From assembly GCF_035594765.1 (NCBI RefSeq), contig NC_085841.1, positions 258,064,689-258,128,688 of the forward strand: a stretch of 64,000 nt of DNA, written 5' to 3'. Source of the DNA: Anolis carolinensis. Its lineage: Eukaryota. The position numbers were made by a program, and so were the translations under genes. The notes beneath the pieces were generated by a model, which saw only the letters and a program-made list of their open reading frames with translations, was not told the DNA's origin and made no database searches. Shown here one piece after another: positions 43,818 to 57,622 of the stretch; within the stretch, counting starts at the first letter, position 1; each line of letters begins with the position of its first letter.

Positions 43818-46800
43818 TCAGTGATGCCGGTCTCTTTCTCTTTCCCGGTCTCTGTGTCTCTCATGTTCCCGGCCTCTTTCCTGGAAATATTCCTCGTGCC
43901 AATCTTCATCATGGATCATATCTCGGTGCCTCCTACTGCTGTCACGGGAACGGCTGGGGGACCTCTCCCGAGACCGGTGTCTTTTCCTGGAAAATAAAAC
44001 CAAACATGTATGCTTCTGAGAAAGTGCTTCCACCTCTAGAAAAGGCACATTAAAAATAATCCCAAGTTTTAAAATACATATTAGTTACATTACATTTTTT
44101 TGGTGTCAGGAGCTACTTGAGAAACTGCAAGTCACTTCTGGTGTGAGAGAATTAGCTGTCTGTAAGGACGTTGCCCAGTGGATGCCCAGATGTTTGATGT
44201 TTTACCACCCTTGGCTTCTCTCATGTCCCCGAATGGGGAGCTGGAGCTGACAGAGGGAGCTCACCCAATTTGAACCTCTGACCTGTTGGTCAGCAGTCTT
44301 GCTGGCACAAGGGTTTAGCCCATTGCGCCACCAGGGGTTCCTGTTACATTACATTAAACACAGGAAATGAAATGCAATTATTTTCTTGGGAAGGCCAAGC
44401 AAACCACATCAATATGAGCTTTACGGAACAAAACTGTTGTAATAATGACATCAATATGAAAACCTCAATACAATTTATTTCTAAACCATGATAAATGTGA
44501 GAAAACACCTTATTCTTGTTTAAAACTGTAACTTCTTTTAGGAAAATGATGAAAAATGTTTTTATACTAATATCTAAAAAAATCTAAAATTTAACATTTT
44601 GAAACACCTTCCCTTTTACTACCATAGTTCTATTTATAACTCTTGTGTTTATTCTTGAGGTTGCAGCAGTATTGTGGCGGCATTGGAATTTACAAATGGA
44701 GTGTATGTGCATGAATTTACATAGTCTCAATTTTAAAACTTCAAATCAACTAAAACTCAGTTTGAATCCATAAATTACCCACTTTCAAAAAGCGAATGAG
44801 CCTCTTCATGAGAAAATCATATCAACACATATAGAATCATTTTACTTTGGTTTACTGTTCACCATAATACTTCATATTATGTGAGTGTGCCATTATCTTC
44901 CACCTGTATCATGCTACTTCTCTACTTCAACTACCACATGCTCTTCTTAGAGCATGATTCAGCTGAGATGATTTTATGAGATTATCTTATACCTCTCCGA
45001 ATTTTGGCCAGCACCCCTTCCTTTCCCTAATTTTCATTTCTGTGAATTTACAGAAAATGGCAAGCAGCTATCAGGCTGTAAGGAAGGGGATCAGTAGACA
45101 TGTGAAGCTGAATTCTCAACAAGAATAACAAGTACAACACAACTGTCATATCTGCAGAGGATATATTCCAGGACTTCACGCTGATATGCAAAACTACGAG
45201 TATTACCTTATTGAAATAACAACACCCGGAAACTCATCTGATGTGTATCTCCATCATCCCTACAAAGCAGAAGCTGCACTGGAGGAAAAATGCTTAGTAA
45301 GAATCTCTTATAGGCATTGCTAGGACTCTAGAGAAAAACATCACCAAACTGCTTGGTGGGCCTAAACAGGACATATTTTGTCAGACATAGGAAAACGAAA
45401 CCAGCATGTACCGACTCCAAAAACATGGCAGTCATACTGTGTATTTGTTGAAACATACCTGGAGGAACTACCACCGCTGCCACTTGCGCCCATACTGTAA
45501 GACTTGGCTTCAATACCATGGAGACAATCCTTGAGGGAAGAGATAAGGACTCGACACCGCTCATCGTTTGAGACTCGTGACTGTTTAATTACAGCAATGG
45601 CTGTAAGCAGGGTCTCAATGGCATCACTATAATCCCCTGGGATGCAACAATAAAGACAATGTCAAGATGGAGGCCAAGAGGTAAGAGTAAAAGAAAGTAA
45701 CAGCAGCCTCTATGTCAGTGGTTCTCAACCTGTGGGTCCCCAGGTATTTTGGCCTACACCTCCCAGAAATCCCAGCCATTTTATTAGCGGTTAGGATTTC
45801 TGGGAGTTGAAGGACAAAACATCTGGGGAACCACAGGTTGAGAACCACTACTCTATGCCACTTACCTGCACTGGCACCAGACACAGCTTTGGAAATGGCA
45901 CTGCTGGAAATTGCTCGGTTCCGGTTCATAATATCTTCAAATTCAGCTTCGGTGATAGGAGGCTGCAATGGGATCAACTCCCGGCTGTGGTACACAAATA
46001 TACACCCATCACTCAGTAGTCAGTACCATATAACCAATTCAAGCAGAACAGTGATAAAGCTCCTTATCTACATGCCTGATGAAAAATATTTAATGCCTCA
46101 CTTGGTGTGTATCTTATCTCCTCCATCCCCACAAAGCAGAGAATAAAATCATCGGCAACTTATGTTTTCTGCCATTCTGCAAGGAAAAAAGCTAATAAAG
46201 CGACTATACTAGTATGTCAAGAGGTGGTTTTGGAATCAAAATAATGGATTTTGATGATGCATGGATACATTGAGAGTCATTCTGCAGAACACAGAAAGCA
46301 CTAATTCCATCTCAGTGAGAATAGCTGCCTTTGGCCACCATTATTTCCCTGCGTAGACATACAAAGGCCAGAAACTGTGCCATGGTGCAGAGAATACAGG
46401 AAGTTAGTGGTCCTCTTAAATTGTCCCAGGACTGACAAAAGCTCTTTCAATTCTTCATTCTATTCAGAGAAAGATATGGTTTCATTTTGATAAAAGGTAA
46501 GGTACAGTACTAACACTCGCCCATAGAAAAGTCATCACAAATGTTTTGGATTATTTTTTAGATTAAAATGTCTATAATTATACATAGGTATACAGAGTAA
46601 CACAATCAATAATGGAGCATCTCTTTCATGCTGAGCCAAAACATTGGTTTTAGTATATTTATGTGTTGACAAAGATCGTTTGAGAATTATGTTTTCTGGT
46701 CTTGCTAAACAAGAGGATAAGATACTGCGGATTTTCAAGTCTTCTCAAATTTCTCACCTGTTGTGGTTATATGGTGCAGAGGCCTTGCTATAGGGGTCTG

Positions 46801-49800
46801 GTGGAGGACCCATTGCTGCATTTGGTGGTGGGAAGAAGGCTGGGTTGAGGTGCAGTGCAGGGGGTATGGCCCCAGGAGGAGGCACAGCGAGATGCGGGGG
46901 AAGTCGAGGGGGAGGGGGCATTAGATGTTGGTAGTGGATTCCTGGTGGGGGAGGAGGGACTCCAAAACTGGAGGAAAGTGGTGGAGGGGGTGGGATCGGT
47001 GGCGGCGGCAACCCCATGAGCGGAAGCGCAGAAGGAGGGCGATTGAAGAAAGGCAAAACAGAAGGAGGCTTCTCAATGCGCGGGGGAGGCACAGTATTCT
47101 CTGTTGGAGTGGCTCGGCCGTCGATTGAGTCTGCGGAATCCCTTGAGTGCGTCCTCGGTGGCACCCCTGCGTGACATCACAGAACAGGGAAAGCTATGAG
47201 ACTTATGGTGTTATCTCAACTATAACACAGCAGCTTCAAGCGTGAGAGTTAATTTAGTTTAAAGGAGGATGAACAATAACTATTACAATACCTTCACATT
47301 ATATCAACTGGAAGGGGATCCTAATATCCTACTTACTCAGAAGTCATGGGGGTGGGCAGGAATAAGTATGCATATACTATTCAACTGTGACTTTGTTTTA
47401 CCCCACCTTTCTCCCCATGGGCACTCAAGGCGGATTACAATAACATGACACAACACAATACATCTTAAAATATGGCAAATACAAAAATTAAAAATAATTT
47501 AAAACAATTAAATATTTGTGTCATAGATACAAGTTACAATTAAGTTAAGATACAATAAAATACTTATACAACATTCATCCCATCAAACTTACGTTTTCGA
47601 GCCTGTGCCTCAAACAGTGCAAGATTCTGTCGGGTAGCCAACTTTACATCCATCTTATCTCCATTGAGAAACTTCCCTGGCAGCAACTCCAGAAGTTTGT
47701 GGACAGAGTTCTCAGAGGCCACCACCACTTCTGCATACCTATTCACAGAGCCATAGGAAAATTAATTTAAGACTAACAGGAATCTCTGGGGAAACAGGCT
47801 CAGGAAAGTCCTAGCAAAAGCAACACATCTTTATACATGCATAGCCTGAACAACAGGAGAGAATATCAGCTCCTTGCGCCTTACTCCCAAACACTCCTAC
47901 TAGAGTGTGTGTGTGTTGCTGGAGGTGGAAACTGACACAGTCCACCACTTTCCTGGATCACTTACAACAAGTACACATTTATTTTGCAGGTGGTGACTTC
48001 CAAACTGGACAGGTGGTGACTTCCAAACAGAAAGATTTCTTCAGTACTTTAAAAATTAGGAGGAAAACCAGTCTCATGACTGCCTATGTCACAGAACCAT
48101 CAGGCACCATGTTCATTAGGTTGTACTTTCCAACATCCATCTACCCTTCATGATGGACCCTTTTAGGTAGACTTCTAGCAGCACTCACCCTTTGGACTGG
48201 CCATTTGCTCTGTTCTCAGCAAACTTGAGCTCCACCACATCATAAACACCCACAGAGCGGATAATACGGATCAGCTGCTGGTCAGTCGTCCACTGCATAT
48301 GAAGAAGCAGAAAGTTAAAGATAGAAACAAAAACATTTTGTAGGATACCCACCTCCTTTTATTAGTAACACTGTTTAGGTATGATTAAGAACTCCTCAAA
48401 TTTTGTTTTTCCACAAATTCTAAGGAAGGAGCACTGGATCCAGCCTTTGCTGTAATGTAAAATGGATTACTGGAGGCTTTGAATGGGCCTTGTCAGGAGC
48501 TGAAGACTGGCTTGATCTCTGTGAATTAATTATTTTGAATTGCTGAAAGGCTCTACCTATTTATATATGTGAGGAAAAGGGATTGATTGCTCCTACTTCT
48601 TTTTTTGCAGTCATTTGGACAAATTTAATTTGAGTTACTTGACTTAAATTTGTAGCTTCTAAACTTGAGATCTGTGTTGTCAGCCATCCTGCAACCACAA
48701 TCAGAAAGGTTTGGTGAGCAAAGACTGGATCCAGCACAGACTCTGAACTTTGGGATTTCAAACATCTTGTTTCATAAACATTCCCAGAGGATGGTCTTCC
48801 TTTTAAAATTATCTCAGGTCACATCCTGAACCTTTTTGAGCCCAAATTAGCCTGAAAATGGTGCAGCTCACCCTTGCCTCAAAATTGTATTACAGTACAA
48901 CCACATATTAGTGAGGGATACATTCCCAAATGTACTGTGAAAACAGGAAACCATAAATAGGTATCTTCTCTAGCAATATGCTATGTCCTCCAGAATGACT
49001 CTATGATAACTTCCAATAGAAAAGCATACCATAGAATTGCTTGAAGAACCTCGAAAATTCATAGAGGGGATTTTTTTTTTGGTCAGATTGGTACTATAGG
49101 TCTTGCAAATACAGGAGTTGTGCTGTACTATCAAGAACACTACATTCTGCTCTTTGCTTCATAGGAAATAATGAAAAGTTTCTCTCAGTGCATGTATAAA
49201 CACCAGCGTTTACTTATTGAAAGTTTGGAGTTTTTGAGAAAACAAAGGTTCAATCATCAGCAGACACCTCTGGCTCTGCCAGTTTAAAAATACTTCCAGT
49301 ATTCCTAATTACCTTACATGCTAGGTAACATCAAAACATTGTGAACAACATTTGGAGATCCACAGGTTGCCCATCATTTTGCTACTTTTTTGCTTAGGGC
49401 TTTTTAAACTGTGGCCCCGAGCTCAAATGGGGTCCTTAGGTCAATGTTGGGGTCACAAACAATCTGACAACAGTAAAGGTTTTCTGAATGCCACCCATTT
49501 ATATGAATCTGTTAGGAAAAACAAGCAGTGCTTATAGTGGATTGCATAAAATGCTTCAGCTGTACTCCACAAAAAGGAAAATTAGCCTGTTGAGCAAGCC
49601 TTGCAGATACTGATTTATTATCAGTAAATGTTTGATGTTTATACCTATATACCTGGGGGCACATTAAAATTTCTTGGGTAGAAAGGAGTCACAAGTGGAA
49701 AAGTTTAAGTCCCATTCTACAGCATAATGAAATGTTTCTATTTAAATTCTTCAGTCTTCTTATAATTTCTAAAAACTCTGACTTGCAGCAAACTACTTAC

Positions 49801-52800
49801 CTTTACACGTTACATAGTGATGCTACACTATAAAGAACTATTGGTCCACAGCAGGACTGGATAATCAAAGGGGTCGGGGAAATTTGCATCCCTGTTCCCC
49901 AACTCTGGGTGAAGTATATTTCTGGACAAGAATATGAAAATGTGACAGATAAGGAGTTATGCTGATTTCTTGCTAGCTTTGTTCTGCCTTTTTCACCTAC
50001 CTTCCACTGGCATCAGCTTTTTTTGAAAGAGGAGGGAATATTGAAAGTCAGAATACAGACCCTAATAGTATTTGATGGGAAGGTTGGATTTAAAAAAATA
50101 TTGTAGTCTAGGGACTTATGGTGTGGCTGTAAAAAGGAGGATTGACAGCCCCATGGCCTGCACTTTGCTCAACACTGGCCTACAGTAAGAATGAAATATA
50201 ACAACACTTTCCCACAAGACTGGAGATTCTTCTGTAAAACACAGATTAAATTATGTCTTTCACTTTCTGCTCCTATTGTGGCATATTCACTTACCCAAGA
50301 GAAGCTGCCCACATAAACAGCAGCTCTCTTATTGCGGAGTCCACTGTAAGTATACAGGATAGCGGGTGATTTGTTATTTGACTTGGGAGACTGTTCTTGC
50401 CGGTTTTCAGAGGGTGGCTCTGAGCTGCTAGGGCAACTTTCAGAAGGTTGCGAACTGGCAGCTAGCACGTCGTCATACAAATCCATCTGGTCAGCATTAC
50501 TAAACTCAGAGTCCTGGAAGACAGGAAGGTATCACTGAACATTTGCAAATGGAAAGCATGGTCAATATCCCATCTTACCTATTTTGCTACAGATCTAACA
50601 TATAATGCAGTTATATGAGATCATCAATCTCCCTAATCATAAGAAGCAACACTAGTTTATTTAAAAAGCAGACAGTTGTTTTCCTTAGCGGCAAGGAGTA
50701 GAAGACCAATGGTTTCACAAAACATTCCAGCATCCTCTTTTTGAGATGAAGAATGTGCCTGTTTTATTGCTATAATTCATTGCATAATTATGTCTATCTC
50801 TCCCCTTCTCATAAAATGAGTTTTGGCACTATGCTTTTGCCTCAAGTTAACAATATAAGCTTAGTACTGGTGCATCAGAATCTTAGTTTTTCACTGTCCC
50901 AGAAAGGTAATTCTTTGATTGCCTACAGAATATTTCCTTCATAATTTCTTATATAGTTAAGTTACCTAAAGATGACACAACCACATGACATGAAAAGAAG
51001 ATAAATGTTCCAATGGAAGTCATGTACATGATGGAGCAAGCTTGTTTCTCCTGCTTCAGAAACACGAACAAATGAATTTAAATTTGAAGATATTTCATCA
51101 AAACATTAGGAAGTACATTTTGCTGTAAGTGTTCTACAGTGGAATATATTACCTTGGGTGGTGGTTACTCCAAACTAGAGTACACTCATTGAACAGACAA
51201 AGTTTGAGTCAGCACACGGGTAAATCACATTGATTTATTGGGTCTACTATAGTTAGGACTAAAGATGAGATTTACTCCAGTAATTCTGAAATCGTCCAGA
51301 GACTAATCACACCACTGTGCTATGAAGTCGTAATCCGTAAACTTTACTTGCTTTTGACACTTTGGGAGAAACATGGAACAAACTGTAAGTTAGATGCAGA
51401 GCCATCCTTCAAGCACAAGCATTAAATGAGTGGAATTCAAAATAAATCAAGACCAATATACCCTAATTTTCAATATGTCTACTCTAAGTATTGCTGAATC
51501 TGGATCTAATAGGAAGTGTCTAGTTTGGAATCTTTTGATACTATCAAGCTAAAGACTGATTGCATAAACTATCAGGTTATGTCAAGATTTATACTGAACT
51601 TCACTGGCACCTTCAGGAAATTTTCCATATTTTATTTAATTGTGTGATATATATAAAATCATAAGATCAGCATGGCCTCAAGCAGCTCATGTTGCAAACC
51701 TATGTAATGAGGGGTGGGGCTGGAGTCATTTTAAAAAGAATTAATCAATGAATGAAAAATGCAAGGCCAATCTAAAGGAAGTGCCAAGAAGCTAAAAATG
51801 TTAGAATAATCCAGTATTAAACTGAAACATTTTGCTATTCGACCACTAGTACTTTTATCTGCTCTCAATGAGCAGCACTTATCATGGTAGTAGTGTTTTC
51901 TAGGATTGCTCATTTCTAAGACTCCTTCTACACCGCCATGTAATCCAGAATATCAAACCCACATTATCTGCTTTGAACTGGATTATGCGTCTACACTGCC
52001 ATATAATCCAGTTTATATGGCAGTGTAAAAGGGGCCTAATTCTCACGATATATACAATGTGGATTTATAGTGTTTCCTGACTGTATAACAGCTCTCTTCC
52101 TTTTCCTAGTCATTCTTCTGTCTGAGAATAATTAAGGGAATGTGAAAAGTGGAGTAGGATCCATTGACAAATGATGCAAGTGTGAGCTACCCTACATTTT
52201 AATGTTCAGAATGAGCTGGGGTGTGTCATTTTGTTGCTTCAAGTCACAGCAGCAAATGACACATTCACAGACATCCAGAGAGAAAATAAAATAAAACACC
52301 AAGGATATGCAGCCTTGTCTGAAGGGAGGTCCATATGCTACAATTCAGCTAGGCTCCTAACATGTATGTTGTAAGAAATAAGGAGTAAAAACAAAACAAA
52401 AACAAAGCAAACACACACACACTAAAGTCCGTGGTTCTTCTTTGTTGACATAATCCAAGCACATTCAAAGATCAAGAGTAACTGAAGGAAGAATCCAAAG
52501 TAATATATATCAACTTAATAAAAACTGCTTCCAATCCCACTTAAAAAGTATAATCACGACCTAGCCATCTCCTGGGAAGCAGAAATATATAAGCCCTTTG
52601 GAATGTGTAAAAAAATGCCTTAATTGGAGGGTCAAATCCTAGGTATATCTTATGTTTTCCTTTCATCATAATCCCAACTAGGAATTCTAGGAAAATACTA
52701 TAACAGTAGCATAACAGAAAAGGCTTTCAAAATGAAGAAACTGAAGACACCTGTCCATTCATCAACATTCATAACAGCAGAATTTTGTATTTTCCTTTTT

Positions 52801-55254
52801 GTTCTTTTGATAAAGAACATTTTGAAAGGAGATAGCATACAAACAGAACACTTCACATATTCGCTCTTTGACCATATATACCACTATAAACAAGAACACA
52901 GAGATTTCTGCAGCTATCCTTTTTTCTACAGGCAAAGGAGTATCCATGGCCAAAAGGCAAGATAGAGCAAATACCTAGGGCCACTGAGGCAGAAAAAAAT
53001 GGTCTGTACAGCAAATTCACATTGCACTAGAGGGCCACATGTGATACTGCAGGAAGTTGGGTCAGCACTCACACATTCAAAATTATAGTAACGACCTGAT
53101 GTTTTTTAGTAGACAGGGCCTGGATAGGGAGGCATCTGCTTTGGGAACCCAACTTCAGTAACCCAGGAGATGATCTGCAGAAATTCCCACCAAAGAGATA
53201 GAGAAGCCATTATCTGATGACTTATCTTACCATATATGATGCTGATGGCTGCAAGTTCAACAACACTGGAATCCTTAAGAGACACATACCAGAAATCATT
53301 AGGTATGAGTTAGATATTGGCCGTTGCGATCTCCCCCAACTCTATGATTCCTTGATTCATGTTCTATCTATCAACTGGACTTGAGTGCAGGGCTAATACT
53401 ACTGGACAAAGGAGCAGCTGTGTAAAGCAAGCTGAGTGGGCCACAGGAATAGAGAAGTCTGACAGACTGAGCCAGGGTTCTGTTCATCCCAATCTTAAGT
53501 CATACTCACAAGGGGAAAAACACTCCAGAAATCTTTCTCACCCCGATTAGATCACAAAATTAAATACTGAATCCAGTGTACATGTACTCTGGCATCACTT
53601 AACATATGTAGGCACTGTTAAAAATTAATATGCACATACAATAATATTTTCTGGCACAAAAGTATCAAGAAATTATACTCTGTAAATTTGATACCAGTCC
53701 CAGATAACTGAACATTCATAACCATACACATTAGAGTATGGAGTGAAAACAGAGTCTGATTATAAATTCAGACTATTTCTTAAACGTTCTCTATGTCCTG
53801 TCATTTTTCAATTATTTTCTCTTAATTGGATGCCCACTGATAACACAAGAGGGTTTATTCCTAGGAAACTTTGTATAGACTACAGCCCTAATGTATCAGT
53901 AGTAGTTAGATATGCACAAGCATTGAAGTAGAAAGCCAAATTTGCATTGTGGTACTCTTACCTGCTACTCTAAGGCATGAAAGCTAAATGCTGTAAAAGA
54001 AAACAGAGTGGTGTTGTAGTTCTGTCAATGTGTTGTCGAAGGCTTTCATGGCCAGGATCACAGGGTTGTTGTATGTCTTTCGGGCTGTGTGGCCATGTTC
54101 CAGAAGCATTCTCTCCTGACGTTTCGCCCACATCTATGGCAGGCATCCTCAGAGGTTGTGAGGTACCTCACAACCTCTGAGGATGCCTGCCATAGATGTG
54201 GGCGAAACGTCAGGAGAGAATGCTTCTGGAACATGGCCACACAGCCCGAAAGACATACAACAACCCTGTAGTTCTGTCACTTTGTCAGTGTGGTACTATT
54301 GACAGGACAGGCTACAGCCCAACTTTATACAAACAAGAACTCATGTGAAAGCTGGCCTATTATCATAGAATAAGCCTTCAAATCAATTTATGAAGCTGCA
54401 TCCCCAAATACAAACTGAACAAAGTTCCAAGAAAAACTTCTGCTGACATGAAATTATGAAGTAGACTGTAGTTTCACTTTCTTCTCAGCCCACATCTACA
54501 AAACCTGCATTCTTCCCTTTGACTGAGAAGGGGTATCTTCAGTCCCATCTAGTACATTAAAATGACTCACCAAAAATAGCAAAATCAAAACATTTATTAC
54601 AAGTTGACATAACATACCATTTACCTTTCACTCAACACACTTTTACACTAACAGTAGGAGAAACCCCTCTGGAGCATCAAACCCACTGTGTAAGAAAACC
54701 AACTCTTTTGAAATGTGGTGCTTGAGAAGTCTTCTACTGATACCAAGGACTGCTAAAAAGATAAATCACTGGGTCCCAGAATAAATCAAGCTTGAACTTA
54801 CCCTAGAACCAATTAACTACTTTTATGCTCTTAGGCAAATCTAGCCAATTTCGGGGTGAATCTCAGGCCCCATCTGCAATGATAATCTAATGCAGTTTCA
54901 AACTGGTATTGACAAAAGTTGTTTTCACTGTAAAAATGATTAAATAGGAACTCATGAAACCAATTTGAGGCCCAGATGGCAATTACACAAACCACAGAGC
55001 ACTGATGCACAGTAAGGTTTTGCTTTTGTGCGCTTTTGTGGGTGTCTGATCAATAGTTTGAAGCTACAGCTTTGAACTGCATTAAATAGTTACTGTAGAT
55101 GAATCCTCAGTATTGGTCGAAATTTCAGTTGATTCTGAATATGGTAAGTTTTTCTTCTTTCCTTCCTTCTTTCCCGTGCTCCCACTTGGCAGGGGCTCAC
55201 CTGGTTGAACTCCTCGTCGGCGTAGATATCTATGAGGTCCACTCCTTCCGACAT
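43818..55254 (-). CDS. CPSF7: Cleavage and polyadenylation specificity factor 7 (CFIm59), 465 aa; coding exons 55254-55201, 50513-50295, 48292-48189, 47738-47593, 47166-46758, 45984-45866, 45636-45459, 43986-43818
   Basis: N-terminus [21 protein letters not shown] ([16 protein letters not shown]...NGQSKGYAEV), Pro-rich region, [29 protein letters not shown], and an RS/RD tail ending RDRHH*. Total 1398 nt, all GT-AG. Non-coding exon 1 donor at about 56370; 3'UTR exon from 41801 to about 39905, with AATAAA on - at 39930-39925. Confidence 0.97.
44097..44342 (-). mobile_element. tRNA-head SINE (second family)
   Basis: Reverse-complement copy with TSD GTTACATTACATT on both sides. Confidence 0.8.
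45716..45849. mobile_element. Short hAT-type MITE (CAGTGGTTCTCAACC TIR); second copy at 31670-31807
   Basis: Foldback structure with TIRs. Confidence 0.75.
54028..54266. mobile_element. Short Penelope-derived insertion forming a perfect palindrome
   Basis: 13-bp TSD TGTAGTTCTGTCA (54015-54027 / 54267-54279); the sequence matches the Penelope terminal repeat seen elsewhere in the window. Confidence 0.85.
54174..54214 (+). ncRNA. Minimal type I hammerhead ribozyme motif of Penelope (mirror copy on - at 54155-54115)
   Basis: CCT-CTGAGGA-T-GCCTGC(catagat)GTGGGC-GAAA-CG-TC-AGG: intact CUGANGA and GAAA cores, stem II, a palindromic ACGT mini stem III and a GUC cleavage triplet. Confidence 0.7.
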
Positions 55255-56219
55255 ATTTTCAGGAGTGCGTCTGAGGAGAACAGGGGAGACAGAGCAGCAC
55301 ACTGTGCAGGGGAGAAGAGGAGGGGAGTTAGTGCTCAAAAAACCAATGTAATTCTAGGCTGCATCAATAGGAGCATAGTACCCCGTTTCCCCGAAAATAA
55401 GACATACCCATAAAATAAGCTGTAGCAGGATTTCTAAGAATTTGTGCAATATGAGACATAATGATAGGCATGGCTATGCAGCGTACTGGCACAGAGTGGT
55501 AAAAACTGGCAGGCCTTCTCATCTGCCCCATCGTGACAACCATCTTGGAGGTGACCAGAAAGGTGCAGGCAGCCCCATCAACAAGGAATAAAATCAGACA
55601 GTGTTGTTGCCAATGCACTCTGAGCATATGGGTAAGAGTTGCTCATTTAATGAGAGCTCTATTACTCGACATGAAACAACCCGGTAAAATAAGCAATAGT
55701 GTGTCTTCTTCAGAAAAAAATATAAGGCAGTGCCTTATTTTTGGGGAAACACGGTATCTAAATTGAGAACCAAGAGTAACACGCATCACCACCTCCACCA
55801 AATAGATAGTCCCACACTATTCTGCTTTGGTCAGATCTCACCTGGAATGATACTTCCAGTTCTGGACACAATTCGACATGTTTTTATTAAGTATGGTACA
55901 GGGCCCTGAGAGGAAACAAATTGCCACGTTCAAATATTTGAAAGGATGCCACATTGAGGAGGGACTAAGTTTGCTTTCTGCTGCCCTGGAGACCAGGAAA
56001 CAATGGAGCAAGGGATTCAACTTGCAGAAAAAGGAACCCCACCAAATAAACAGTAAGAACAACTTCCTGGCGGGAAAAGTGGATTACGGGGCTGTGCTGC
56101 CACAGGATGTGGTGCAGGCTTAAGCAGAGGCTGGATGGCCATCTGTCGGGGATGCTTTGATTGTGTGTTCCTGCTTGGCAGCACGAGGCTGGAATGGATG
56201 GCCCTTGCTCTCTTCTAGT

Positions 56220-57260
56220 TCCGGAATGAAGGCGGCCTCGGGAGGCTCAGGGCCTAGCTCCAGCCCCGCCCCCTCCGCTCAGCTCAACCGCGCGGCCCTG
56301 AGAGGAATATGCAGGGAAAGGGCGAAGGGGCCGAGGAGGAACTCCTCCTCCTCGCCCCGCTACTCCCACCTCCGGGCCGCCGCCGCCGCCATAGCTGCGC
56401 GCGCACTCCCGCTCCCTCCAGTCATGGCCTCCTTTTTTCCCGCGCTTCCAGAGAAACCTCCCACCACCGCCACCGCCTCCGACCCCTCGGCCCCGGCACC
56501 TCATCCCCTCCCGCCCGGCAGCTTCCTATTCCGCCTCCTCCTCCTCCGTGCCCGTTACGCAAGGCCCAGGATGCCAGGCAGGCCCGAGGCCAAGCGGCCG
56601 TGTGCGCGAACCTCACTCTGGCTCCCTCTCTCCGCCAGCGCCTCCTGCCGCCACAGCCCCGCCCCTTCCGCTCTCCCTCTCTTCCAGGAAGACCCGCCTT
56701 TTCCTGTCCGTCACTGCCGGCGTGCGCAATCAAATAACCCCAACCTCTTCCCCCTCGGCCACCCACCCAGCTTTTCGCCTCTTTATGCTCAGGAGGGAAG
56801 CCTAGAGCGGTAGGGGAAGGCCCAAGATGGCGGCGCTGTCCGCTGGGGTGAGTAAGCCGGGCCCAAACCGGGTGTTTGTGTAGGGAGAGCGGCGACTGTC
56901 GGGCCTTCACGTAAAGTTCTCCCTCCCTCTCTTGCAGCGGCTCTCCTTCCTCCTCCGGGGCCGCCACCGCCTCTTTCTCTGCGCCCCGAGATGCGGCTAC
57001 CGTGGGGACGCGCCCTCGGACTCCGGGCGGGACATGTTGGAGATCCCGCTGCCGCCCTGGCAAGCCCGGCCTCAGGAGGACCCCGGCACCAAGCGGGCCA
57101 GGCTCCTCTACGAGAGCCGGAAGAGGGGCATGCTGGAGAACTGCCTCCTCCTCAGGTAGGAGCACCCTCTCCTGTCCGCCTTTCAGTTTTGCGCATCTAC
57201 ACGGTGGAATTAACGCAGATTGGCCCCGCGCGAACTGCCCTGGCTCAATGCTACTGAATT
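56220..57260. promoter_or_regulatory. CpG island / bidirectional promoter of CPSF7 (-) and SDHAF2 (+)
   Basis: Strongly GC/CpG-rich, with GC boxes and a YY1-type AAGATGGCGG over the SDHAF2 ATG; the two genes are head to head. Confidence 0.85.
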
Positions 57261-57580
57261 TTGGGATCTGTAGTTTGGTGGGGCACCTTCTCATTGGCAG
57301 AGAAGGCTCTAGGTCAGGTATGGGCAAGCTGCGGCCTTCCCTCTAGGTGTTTGGACCTCAATTCCCACCATTCCTAATAGCCTGCCGGCTTTTAGGAATT
57401 ATGGGAGTTGAAATCCAAAACACCTGGAGGGAAGGCTGAAGTTTGCCCCTGGCTACTTTAGACTTTGCAAGACTACAGTTTCCATGATTTCATAGGATTG
57501 AACAATAGCGGTTAATGTGGTGTCACACTGCATTAATACTATAGTGTAGATGCACTGGTTGCTGACTGTCTTCAAGTTGA

Positions 57581-57622
<42 letters not shown>

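Noticed and set aside
54058-54271. Identical 60-aa ORFs on both strands
   Set aside because: A direct consequence of the palindrome; non-coding Penelope terminal sequence.
56157-57346. Long overlapping ORFs (301 aa on -, 218 aa on +, and others)
   Set aside because: They are by-products of the stop-poor CpG island and overlap real SDHAF2/CPSF7 first exons. They are low-complexity with no recognisable domain.
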